From Leptolyngbyaceae cyanobacterium (GTDB taxonomy: Bacteria; Cyanobacteriota; Cyanobacteriia; Phormidesmidales; Phormidesmidaceae), in the NCBI GenBank assembly GCA_050331235.1, contig JBHJHA010000094.1, positions 1 through 56,623 on the forward strand: DNA of 56,623 bases, written 5' to 3'. A model generated the notes under the pieces. It searched no databases, was not told the origin of the DNA, and worked only from the letters and a program-made list of their open reading frames with translations. Positions 1 to 8,419 of this stretch are shown piece after piece (position 1 is the first letter of the stretch; each line of letters opens with the position of its first letter). The translations under genes and the position numbers were made by a program.

Positions 1-1
1 A

Positions 2-1186
2 AAATCCTACCTGGGTAATCGGCGGATAAATGGCGGACGTATCGGGATGGTTGATCTCGGGCCACCACGGTGTCCGCAGCGGTGCCAAAATTGCCGCATT
101 GGGGGCGTAATCGTAGGGACTAAAGCCCTGGGTTTGGACCACGCCCTCCCACAGATAACGCCAGATGTCATCCCCCGGATACATCGCCAAAATGAGGTGG
201 CGTGTGGCGATCGCCACGCCCCAGAACCAAAGCGCTGACAGCGATCGCACCTGCCAAGACAAGATGAACCCCAGTCCCATCACCGCACTGCCTAGCCAAA
301 ACTGCGGCACTGCTGCGGGATCTTTTAAAAAGTCGCCGTGGGGCAAGCACCCAACAGTCCCCACCAGCAAAAAAACGGCACTTAGAAAGAGAATGTAGCG
401 GTACGTGCTGGCGGGATGAAGCGAGTCGGCCGGATAAGCGATGTCCTGCTCAAGCGCAGTCGCTGCCGACAAAGGCTTAGGCAGACAGGTTTGTCCATAC
501 TGCTGGGCCAGCGTTGTCAAGATGATGGTTCCAGCCTTTGCACTGCCCCGAAGCGTGCCCGAAATCTTTGATTGGCCGCCTTGACGCGGATGGTAATTGA
601 CCGGTAGCTCACAGATGCGCAGACCCTGCTCCACGGCTTTGACCTGCATCTCTACCGTCCAGCCAAAGCTGCGATCGCGCATGTGCAATGCCTGTAGCGC
701 CGACCAGCGAATTAGCCGTAGCGGTCCTAAATCGTGATAGCGATAGCCCCAGCCCCCATCAATCAGCGTTGAGGCAAGCCAGTTGCCAAAGTTTTGGACT
801 GGGGTCAACTGCTGACGTCCAGTAATGTTGCCGCGGCGATCGCCCAAAATAAAGTCTTGGTCTGGACACTGCACCCAGAATTGGGGCAGCTGCGCAAGGT
901 CATCGCTCCCGTCAGCATCACAAAATAAGATCCACGCTATTCCTGGCGGCACGTTTTGCAAACCGCGCCAGCAGGCCTGCCCATATCCTTGATTCGGTTC
1001 GTGAACGACCTCTGCACCCGCGGCTTGGGCTACCGCCGCCGTGCGATCTCGACTGCCATTGTCAACCACGCGGATGTGGGTAAGGCCGAGGGAGCGAAGC
1101 TGCTGCACCACAGCGCCAATGGTGGCTGCCTCATTCAACGCGGGGATCACGACCAAACAGCGGCGCAAATCAATGGGATCAGCCAT
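2..1186 (-). CDS. GT2 glycosyltransferase fused to a membrane GT-C-like (GT87/DUF2029-like) domain; 3'-partial, runs off the window start
   Basis: Not in ORF track. Manual translation from ATG at 1186: MADPIDLRRCLVVIPALNE...VVDNGSRD...FCDADGSDD...GWTVEMQ...GGQSKISG (DPM-synthase-like GT2), then TM helices and PGDDIWRYLWEG...INHPDTSAIYPP. No stop before base 1. Confidence 0.85.
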   Translation of the reverse strand, partial: MADPIDLRRCLVVIPALNEAATIGAVVQQLRSLGLTHIRVVDNGSRDRTAAVAQAAGAEVVHEPNQGYGQACWRGLQNVPPGIAWILFCDADGSDDLAQLPQFWVQCPDQDFILGDRRGNITGRQQLTPVQNFGNWLASTLIDGGWGYRYHDLGPLRLIRWSALQALHMRDRSFGWTVEMQVKAVEQGLRICELPVNYHPRQGGQSKISGTLRGSAKAGTIILTTLAQQYGQTCLPKPLSAATALEQDIAYPADSLHPASTYRYILFLSAVFLLVGTVGCLPHGDFLKDPAAVPQFWLGSAVMGLGFILSWQVRSLSALWFWGVAIATRHLILAMYPGDDIWRYLWEGVVQTQGFSPYDYAPNAAILAPLRTPWWPEINHPDTSAIYPPITQVGF

Positions 1187-1245
1187 CTTTTCCGTCCAAA
1201 ACGGCTAGCCCATTGAATCAAGCAGAGCTGAATGCCGGCTGAGAA

Positions 1246-1695
1246 TTAGCGGTGAACGGACTCAGTTGGCTCGGTGTGGGCCGCGACGAAATCAGCTAGA
1301 GAGGTGAATCCAAGGTGCTGTAGTACCGCATAGCCATGTTTGCAGCAGCCCCGCCCGATAAACTGCTGTTGCCAACGGTAGTCTTCGCAGTCACAGTCGA
1401 GGCGATCGCGATATTCCTGCACTAGGTGCTGTGACTGAGTTTGGGGATTGGTCACGGTATATCGAGGCGGATCGCGGAGCCAATCGGTCACGGTCAAAGC
1501 TTGGGCTTCAGCTTTGCGGTGGTCAACAAAGTGCTGCTTCAAATCCGCTTTAGAGATGAACGTGGGCCGATGACCTTTTACCCAGACCCACATCACATCC
1601 AAAAACTCGCGCATCTGCACTGGTACCGAAGCTGGTAGTCCCATTAACCGACGGATGGCCGCCGCTGAATAAACGAATGTAGAGCGGGTAGCCAT
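1246..1695 (-). CDS. Hypothetical protein with SWIM-type zinc finger
   Basis: 149 aa; CDCEDY...CCKH matches CxC-xn-CxH. Confidence 0.7.
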   Translation of the reverse strand: MATRSTFVYSAAAIRRLMGLPASVPVQMREFLDVMWVWVKGHRPTFISKADLKQHFVDHRKAEAQALTVTDWLRDPPRYTVTNPQTQSQHLVQEYRDRLDCDCEDYRWQQQFIGRGCCKHGYAVLQHLGFTSLADFVAAHTEPTESVHR

Positions 1696-1952
1696 GAAAC
1701 CAAGAAAACTTGAAAAATCTTTATGTACTCCTTGATCTTGCCGCAGCGGATCGGCGATCGCCTATGGCCATCGGTAGGGAAATTACGGTCGTAGCTGCTG
1801 CCCCATATCTACATCTGGAAACAGTTGCCATTTTTTATAAGTTCCCCATATGTTTGAGATAAGAAATGCTTCAGACTAACAAAAATAATTCTCAAAATGT
1901 TTCTTAATGGCTGCGCATCCCGGACATCTCTTGAGTTCCATTCTTTCGTCTT

Positions 1953-4334
1953 ATGCCCATTGCCTATATTCCTCATGGACACTGCTATCTGTGGCAGCCC
2001 CATCTAGTCGGCTTACACCTGACCGCCGACTTCATCATCGCGATCGCTTACTATTCCATTCCGATTGGTCTATTGGCTTTTGTCCGCAATCGGTCTGATG
2101 TGCCCTTTAAGTCGGTGTTTGCCTTGTTCAGTGCCTTTATTTTGGCCTGCGGTGCGACCCATCTCATGTCAATTTGGACGCTGTGGCATCCCAACTACTG
2201 GCTAGAGGGACTGCTCAAAGCGATCACCGCCATCATTTCTGGATATACGGCCCTGACGCTAATCCCTATTATTCCCAAAGCTTTGGCCCTGCCGAGCCTA
2301 GCCCAGCTCGAGGCAGCCAATGCTCAACTCAAACAAGAGATTCAAGACCGGCAAGCCGCAGAAGCCGCACTCCAGGAAAGCAAGCAAAGGCTAGAACTAG
2401 CCCTCGAAGCCTCTGGTGACGGGCTCTGGGATTGGGATATTGCTAACAATAAAATCTATCTCAGCAGCAACTGGCTCAGGATGTTGGGCTATGAACCCAG
2501 TGATGCCCCTGTCCTTGTCGACAGTTGGGAGGCGTTGCTGCATCCCGATGAAAAAGAGTGGGTTTCAGAGCGATTGACGACCCACCTCCAGGCTGGCGGT
2601 TCTTACAATTTTGACTATCGGTTGCAAACCCACACCGGCCAATGGAAATGGATTAGCAACTACGGCAAAGCCGTCGAGCATGACGTGCAGGGCAATCCCC
2701 TCCGCATGGTTGGCACCCACCGGGATATTAGTCAGCGCAAAGCGGCTGAAGCCAAAACGCAAGAGAGCGAAGAGCGCTTTCGTAAAGCGTTTGATAATGC
2801 CGATATCGGCATGGCCCTAGTCGCGCCTAACGGTCAATTTCTCCGCGTCAATGATGCTTGCTGCCGCATCTTGGGATATCAGCAGCGGGAACTGTTGGAA
2901 AGGACCATTCAGTCAATCACCCACCCCGAAGATAGCCACGTTGACTGGAAACAGGTTCGCCGACTAATCACTGAAGAAGACCTCACTTACCGAACTGAGC
3001 AGCGCTATCTCAGTCCAGAGGGAGAAACGATTTGGGTTGTCTTGGGCGTGTCGGCCGTTCGTGATATCCAGGGCGACCCCCTCTATTTCGTTTCGCAGAT
3101 TCAAGACGATACGGCGCGGCGTCTCTACGAAGCCCAGTTAGCCCACCAAGCTTTTCACGACAGCTTAACGACACTGCCCAACCGCGCCTCCTTTCAGCAG
3201 CGACTAGAGGAAGAACTTACCCGCGCTAAGCGTACGGAAGGCTACCAATTTGCTGTGCTGTTTTTGGACTTGGATCGCTTTAAGAGCATCAACGATAGTC
3301 TGGGCCATGCAGCCGTCGACGAACTTTTAGTGGAAGTTGCCTCGCGACTCCAGGAGACGATTCGCGATATCGATGTCGTTGCTCGCTTTGGGGGGGATGA
3401 GTTTGCCGTTCTGTTGGCTGATGTAATCGAAGTGAAAAGCGTCTTATCCGTTGCCGATCGCATGCTGATGGCATTTCAGCGGCCCTTTTTGTTGAAGGGG
3501 AACAGCTACACCGTCAATAGCAGTACTGGCATCACGCTGAACGGTCCCCCACCTTGTACTCCGGATTCCCTATTGCAGGAGGCTGACATCGCCCTTTACC
3601 GAGCCAAACATAGTGGGCGTGGCTGTTATGAGATCTATGATCAGCAGATGGGTCATCAGGCCAGGGGATACATCCTATTAAAAGAGGCCCTTCGCCAGGC
3701 CATTGAGCAAGATGAGCTCCGGGTGTTTTATCAACCAATCGTCGATATCCACACCGAGCGCATCCTCGGTTTTGAGGCCCTCATGCGCTGGCAAAAAGCT
3801 GATGGAGACATCTGGGGGCCTGGGCAGTTCATGCAGGTCGCAGAAGAATCAGGGCTAATCTTGGCCATAGACTGGTTGATTATTGAAAAAGCCTGTCGGC
3901 AAATGCAGCGCTGGTATCAAGCAGGCATTGTGACGAACCAGTGGCTCAGCGTTAATCTATCTAGTCGTCAGTTCAACTCGCCCGACTGTGTCAAGCAAGT
4001 GAAATCAATCTTGCATGAGACGGGCCTGGATCACGCTTATTTGCGCATTGAGATTACGGAAAACGCCATCATTCGCCACCCAGAGATGGCCGCCGAGATC
4101 TTGTCGGAGCTCAAACAGCTCGGGGTGAAAATCGCACTCGATGACTTTGGCACGGGCTACTCATCCCTCAGTTACTTGCATCGCTTTCCCGTGGATACGA
4201 TCAAAATTGACAAGTCATTTGTCAGCAAGATGGCTGAGAATCCTCAAAGTCGAGAAATCATCAGGTCTTTGGTGTTGCTTTACCAGGCGCTCTCGATGGA
4301 TACGGTGGCTGAAGGGATTGAAACCTCTGAGTAA
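1953..4334 (+). CDS. Membrane sensor diguanylate cyclase/phosphodiesterase: ethylene-binding-like TM domain, PAS/PAC x2, GGDEF, EAL (EAL truncated by internal stop; frame continues to 4523)
   Basis: ADFIIAIAYYSIP and FILACGATHL motifs; GLWDWD and HPED PAS motifs; RDID-VVARF-GGDEF; GFEALMRW, DDFGTGYSS, IKIDKSF, AEGIET. Confidence 0.9.
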   Translation: MPIAYIPHGHCYLWQPHLVGLHLTADFIIAIAYYSIPIGLLAFVRNRSDVPFKSVFALFSAFILACGATHLMSIWTLWHPNYWLEGLLKAITAIISGYTALTLIPIIPKALALPSLAQLEAANAQLKQEIQDRQAAEAALQESKQRLELALEASGDGLWDWDIANNKIYLSSNWLRMLGYEPSDAPVLVDSWEALLHPDEKEWVSERLTTHLQAGGSYNFDYRLQTHTGQWKWISNYGKAVEHDVQGNPLRMVGTHRDISQRKAAEAKTQESEERFRKAFDNADIGMALVAPNGQFLRVNDACCRILGYQQRELLERTIQSITHPEDSHVDWKQVRRLITEEDLTYRTEQRYLSPEGETIWVVLGVSAVRDIQGDPLYFVSQIQDDTARRLYEAQLAHQAFHDSLTTLPNRASFQQRLEEELTRAKRTEGYQFAVLFLDLDRFKSINDSLGHAAVDELLVEVASRLQETIRDIDVVARFGGDEFAVLLADVIEVKSVLSVADRMLMAFQRPFLLKGNSYTVNSSTGITLNGPPPCTPDSLLQEADIALYRAKHSGRGCYEIYDQQMGHQARGYILLKEALRQAIEQDELRVFYQPIVDIHTERILGFEALMRWQKADGDIWGPGQFMQVAEESGLILAIDWLIIEKACRQMQRWYQAGIVTNQWLSVNLSSRQFNSPDCVKQVKSILHETGLDHAYLRIEITENAIIRHPEMAAEILSELKQLGVKIALDDFGTGYSSLSYLHRFPVDTIKIDKSFVSKMAENPQSREIIRSLVLLYQALSMDTVAEGIETSE

Positions 4335-4650
4335 CACCAGATTCTTTGCCAGCTAGGCTGCACCTACGCCCAGGGATTTTTGCTGCATCGGCCCCTCAGT
4401 ATTGGTGAAATCGAAAGTGGACTGTTATCCAAGCGGCCATCTTGGCAATTAGGGGCTTTGCAGTCAGGTCCCGTGAGGCCGAACTTGGCAAAGCGAGAAA
4501 CCGACGGGAATCGTAAAAAATAGGGACAATCGACTCAATCTCAGCTAAACAAACTTTGAAACTGCTCTCCAGGTATCGCTCCCAAATAGCGCTACACTCT
4601 TGCTGAGTAAATAAGAAAAAGCTTGAATTACAGGCATACGGGCGATCGCG

Positions 4651-5025
4651 ATGGCACAGCTCCCTCCTCTCACAACCGATACCCTTTGGGACATCCTTAA
4701 CGAAAAGCTAGATGATGACACAGTCAACCATTTGGTTTGGCACTACCTTGGCTATCGCTACGACGCAGCCAGTGAGCAGTGGCAAACCGCTGCCGTAGAC
4801 CCAGCATGGGCAGAAAAATTTCCCACTCCCCCCAACTTCATTGAGAGTCGTCCGGCTACAGTTCAACTGACCCGCGCCATCCCCAAGGAAAATAAGCAAC
4901 TGTTAAAGGAGTATTTGGGGTTCAAGGGCTACAGTGTGGACCAGCTAGTGCCACGCCTAACCCGCCGAGCCACCATGACCAATTGGCTGCTGAGCTATCT
5001 GCAGCAAACCGGTCAGCTGACTTGA
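4651..5025 (+). CDS. Conserved cyanobacterial protein (DUF1823-like)
   Basis: LVWHYLGYRYD...RPATVQLTRAIPKENKQLLKEYLGFKGY...TRRATMTNWLL pattern. Confidence 0.75.
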   Translation: MAQLPPLTTDTLWDILNEKLDDDTVNHLVWHYLGYRYDAASEQWQTAAVDPAWAEKFPTPPNFIESRPATVQLTRAIPKENKQLLKEYLGFKGYSVDQLVPRLTRRATMTNWLLSYLQQTGQLT

Positions 5026-5095
5026 TCCTCTGACTTGAAAGCCGCCGGTTTTCCAAAATTCCCCTAGCTGAAACAGGCTGGGAGCTCTCCTGCCG

Positions 5096-6511
5096 CTACA
5101 GCACTCGCCCCGATGCCGATCGCTTAATGTAGCGCCCCATGCCGGCACGACCGAGCCATTGATCGCCATCGACAATCAGCTCGCCTCGCAAAAAGACTTT
5201 TTTCACCTTGCCCTGCACTTCTCGGCCTTCAAACAGGGAGTAGTCGACATTTGAGTGATGGGTGTTGGCGCTGAGGGTATGCCGTTCGTGGGGATTAAAC
5301 AACACTAAATCGGCATCACTCCCCACCGCGATCGTGCCCTTTTGTGGAAATAGACCAAACATTTTGGCGGGGGCGGAGGCCGTCAGCTGCACAAAGCGAT
5401 TGATTGTGATGCGCCCAGCCTTGACCCCACCGTCGTACAGCAGGGGAATGCGAAACTCTACGCCGGGAGCCCCATTGGGAATTTTGGAAAAGTCATCTTT
5501 GCCGTACTGCTTGGATTGCAATATGCCAAAGAGATTTTCATTAAAGCAAAATGGACAATGATCGGTCGCGACAATCTGCAAGTCATCGAACCGTAATCCC
5601 CGCCAGAGCGCGTGCTGACATTTGTGATCTCGCAGCGGCGGCGTCATGACAAATTTGGCCGGTTCAAAGTCGGGGCGATCATATTCTTCTTTAGTCAAAA
5701 AGAGGTAATGAGGGCAGGTCTCGGCAAAGGCATGGATGCCGCGATCGCGGGCCTCCACTACCGCATCTAGGGCTTCCTTGGCCGATAGATGAACGATATA
5801 GACCGGCACCTCGGCCAATTCTGCAATGCGAATGACACGATGGGTCGCTTCCCCCTCCATCAGTTGCGGTCTTGTCAGCATGTGATACTTCGGCGAGGTA
5901 TTGCCCTGCTCTAGCGCCTCTTCGATCAGGGCTTGAATAACGACGCCATTTTCCGCATGGAGGTTGACCATTCCGCCATGGTTACCCACTTTGCGCATGG
6001 TGCGATAAATGTCGGCGTCGTCCACCATCAACACGCCGGGGTAGGCCATGTACAGCTTGAAGCTTGATACGCCGTCTTGATTGATCAGGTCCGGCAGTTC
6101 GGCCAGCGACTCCTGATTAACGTCCGTGAGAATGACGTGGAAGCCATAGTCGATCGCACACTGGGGTTCGGCTACTGCCAAGCGACGGTCGAGGGCGGCC
6201 TTGGGGCTATCACCGTGAAACTGTTGGGCAAAGTCCACAATGGTCGTTGTGCCCCCAAAGGCGGCCGATTTAGTTCCCGTTGCAAAGGTGTCACAGGTGT
6301 AGATGTCATTGCCCATAGGTGTTTCCATATGGACGTGGACATCAATGCCACCAGGAAAGACCAATAGGCCAGACGCATCATAGGTTGGCACGTCATCGGC
6401 GGAAATGTCCCGGGCGATCGCGTCGATCCGACCATTGTCAGTCAAAATATCGGCGACATAGTTATCTACTGCGGTAATAATGCGCCCACCTTTAATTAAG
6501 ACTTTGCCCAT
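5096..6511 (-). CDS. hydA: Dihydropyrimidinase / D-hydantoinase
   Basis: PGGIDVHVH, AAFGGTTTIVDF, SFKLYMAY, HAENG, ETCPHYL, TDHCPF, IPNGAPGVE motifs. Confidence 0.93.
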   Translation of the reverse strand: MGKVLIKGGRIITAVDNYVADILTDNGRIDAIARDISADDVPTYDASGLLVFPGGIDVHVHMETPMGNDIYTCDTFATGTKSAAFGGTTTIVDFAQQFHGDSPKAALDRRLAVAEPQCAIDYGFHVILTDVNQESLAELPDLINQDGVSSFKLYMAYPGVLMVDDADIYRTMRKVGNHGGMVNLHAENGVVIQALIEEALEQGNTSPKYHMLTRPQLMEGEATHRVIRIAELAEVPVYIVHLSAKEALDAVVEARDRGIHAFAETCPHYLFLTKEEYDRPDFEPAKFVMTPPLRDHKCQHALWRGLRFDDLQIVATDHCPFCFNENLFGILQSKQYGKDDFSKIPNGAPGVEFRIPLLYDGGVKAGRITINRFVQLTASAPAKMFGLFPQKGTIAVGSDADLVLFNPHERHTLSANTHHSNVDYSLFEGREVQGKVKKVFLRGELIVDGDQWLGRAGMGRYIKRSASGRVL

Positions 6512-6559
6512 CAGAGTTCTCCAACAACTGGGTAACGATTTAGCCCACTAAATTTGTGT

Positions 6560-6952
6560 TTATGACTGAGCCTTGTAAGCAGCCCACCCGCCAATGTCTG
6601 AAATGTCGGGCCAGCCGTGCTCATCGATGAGGGCTTTGGGATAAAGCATGGCGATCGCCGTCTCTCCATCGTGCAGCGTCACCTCAGCAGGATACATATG
6701 GGGCGGCTCTGTCGACACCAAATGGTCATATTGCGCCACAGACATTTGATAAAGTTCACCAGGAATCGAAATCCCATCAACATCAGTCTCATAGATGCCA
6801 GGATGCCATCCCGCCTGAACTGCATGCAGCCGATACTTGGGGGCGGTTTTCGTGGCTTTGACAAAGGTTGCCCCCTGCAGATTGCCATGGTCAGGCTGTC
6901 CCCGGAGGGCCGAGCCACAGATAAAGACCGGTTTGGTTTCAGCGGTTGTCAT
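6560..6952 (-). CDS. Gamma-glutamylcyclotransferase-fold protein similar to allophanate hydrolase C-terminal domain
   Basis: VFICGSALRGQP...TAPKYRL...PGI...IPGELY...DISDIGGWAAY; 48 bp upstream of hydA on the same strand. Confidence 0.75.
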   Translation of the reverse strand: MTTAETKPVFICGSALRGQPDHGNLQGATFVKATKTAPKYRLHAVQAGWHPGIYETDVDGISIPGELYQMSVAQYDHLVSTEPPHMYPAEVTLHDGETAIAMLYPKALIDEHGWPDISDIGGWAAYKAQS

Positions 6953-7047
6953 AACGTTCCATCCTCAAATTTAGTTAGTCTTGAGTTACTGCTTGGGTCT
7001 CAGCTCTTTGCCCTGTGGCATCGATAGCAGGTCCCCAGCAGGGTTGA

Positions 7048-7063
7048 TGTAGGGCATTTTACA
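7048..7063 (+). promoter_or_regulatory. NtcA box TGTA-N8-TACA with TAN3T (TACGCT, 7085-7090) 22 nt downstream
   Basis: TGTAGGGCATTTTACA; GTAN8TAC-N22-TAN3T geometry facing the Zn hydrolase gene. Confidence 0.7.
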
Positions 7064-7078
7064 GAGCCATTGCCCTAC

Positions 7079-7092
7079 GTAAGATACGCTAC
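7079..7092. promoter_or_regulatory. Second NtcA-like box GTA-N8-TAC
   Basis: GTAAGATACGCTAC in the same divergent intergenic region, overlapping the putative -10. Confidence 0.5.
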
Positions 7093-7150
7093 CTTCACAA
7101 TGGGTTGGCGCGGCTCAATTAGCGGCAGAGTGCCGCAAGGGGAAGACGGC

Positions 7151-8419
7151 ATGGTCTATCAGGTTGCTTCGGCGTTAGCGGTCAATCGTGATCGCCTCTC
7201 GGCCATGATCCGCCAACTGGCTAAAATTGGGGCGTTGGCAAACGGTGGTGTGCAGCGACTGGCCTTTAGCGCTGAAGATTGTCGTGCCCGAGATTTAGTG
7301 CAACAATGGATGGCCGCAGCCAAGATGACAGTGACGGTAGATGCAGCGGGCAACCTGATTGGCCGCTATCCGGGCCGATGTCCAGAAGCTCCCCCTTTAG
7401 TAACCGGTTCCCACATCGACACGGTTCCTAATGCCGGACATTATGACGGCGCTTATGGCGTTTTGGCCGGCATTGAAGCGGTTAAAACACTGGCAGAACA
7501 GCACCAGCAGCTCGATCACCCCATCGAAGTCATTGTGTTTGCCGATGAAGAGCGCACCATGGTGGGGTGCAAAGCGATGGCGGGAAAATTGCTGGCCGAT
7601 GCGGATCTTTACCGCAGCCGCAGCGGAGAGGCCATTCAACCCTGTTTAGCAAGAGTTGGGGGCAATTGGGACCAAATCATCCAGGCCCAGCGATCGCCTG
7701 AGTCGATGGCCGCCTTTGTAGAACTGCATGTTGAACAAGGGCCCGTACTGTTTTCCCAGCAAAAGCAAATTGGCGTTGTTACCGGCATTGTCGGTCAGCG
7801 CCGCTACTGGATTACGATTAAAGGCCAATCGAGCCATGCGGGGACTACCCCCATGTCGATGCGTCAAGATGCCTTAGTGGCGGCCGCACAGATGGTTTTA
7901 GCGATTAATCAAATCGGTCATCAACCGGGGGATCAAGTCGCTACGGTAGGCCGGATAGAGATGTCTCCCAACGTGCCCAACAGCATTCCTGGCCAGGTGG
8001 AAATGAGCCTTGACCTACGGGATCTGTCCAGCGATCGCCTTGATCAGCTGCTGACAGATATCCGCCAGGCGATCGCCGCCATTGCCGCCGATACCGGCAC
8101 GCGAGTATCCCTTGAGCAACGCTTGGAGAATGCCCCCGCTCCGGCCAATTCCCATATTCAAAACGCGATCGCCCAAGTTTGCCAGGAGCTTGATCTTACC
8201 TACTGTCATTTACCGAGTCGAGCCAGTCATGATGCCCAAGAGATGGCGAGCATCACCGACATGGGCATGATTTTCGTTCCCAGTGAGGGCGGGATTAGTC
8301 ATGCTGAAACCGAATTCACGACCCCTGCAGACTGCGCTAATGGAGCTACCGTACTGTTACATACCCTAATGAAACTGGACCAACACTATCGCTCATCAAA
8401 AGCACCGACTCGCCTCTAA
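7151..8419 (+). CDS. M20 Zn-dependent amidohydrolase (N-carbamoyl-amino acid hydrolase / beta-ureidopropionase / allantoate amidohydrolase family)
   Basis: GSHIDTV, DGAYGV, FADEE, ELHVEQG, HAGTTPM, SHDAQ, GISH motifs; ATG 7151 preferred over the track start at 7070. Confidence 0.9.
   Translation: MVYQVASALAVNRDRLSAMIRQLAKIGALANGGVQRLAFSAEDCRARDLVQQWMAAAKMTVTVDAAGNLIGRYPGRCPEAPPLVTGSHIDTVPNAGHYDGAYGVLAGIEAVKTLAEQHQQLDHPIEVIVFADEERTMVGCKAMAGKLLADADLYRSRSGEAIQPCLARVGGNWDQIIQAQRSPESMAAFVELHVEQGPVLFSQQKQIGVVTGIVGQRRYWITIKGQSSHAGTTPMSMRQDALVAAAQMVLAINQIGHQPGDQVATVGRIEMSPNVPNSIPGQVEMSLDLRDLSSDRLDQLLTDIRQAIAAIAADTGTRVSLEQRLENAPAPANSHIQNAIAQVCQELDLTYCHLPSRASHDAQEMASITDMGMIFVPSEGGISHAETEFTTPADCANGATVLLHTLMKLDQHYRSSKAPTRL

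Noticed and set aside
47..1216. Short plus-strand ORFs (47-238, 165-398, 956-1216)
   Set aside because: Shadows of the minus-strand GT2 fusion gene
7070..7150. Track start for the Zn hydrolase
   Set aside because: Overlaps the predicted promoter; family similarity begins after ATG 7151
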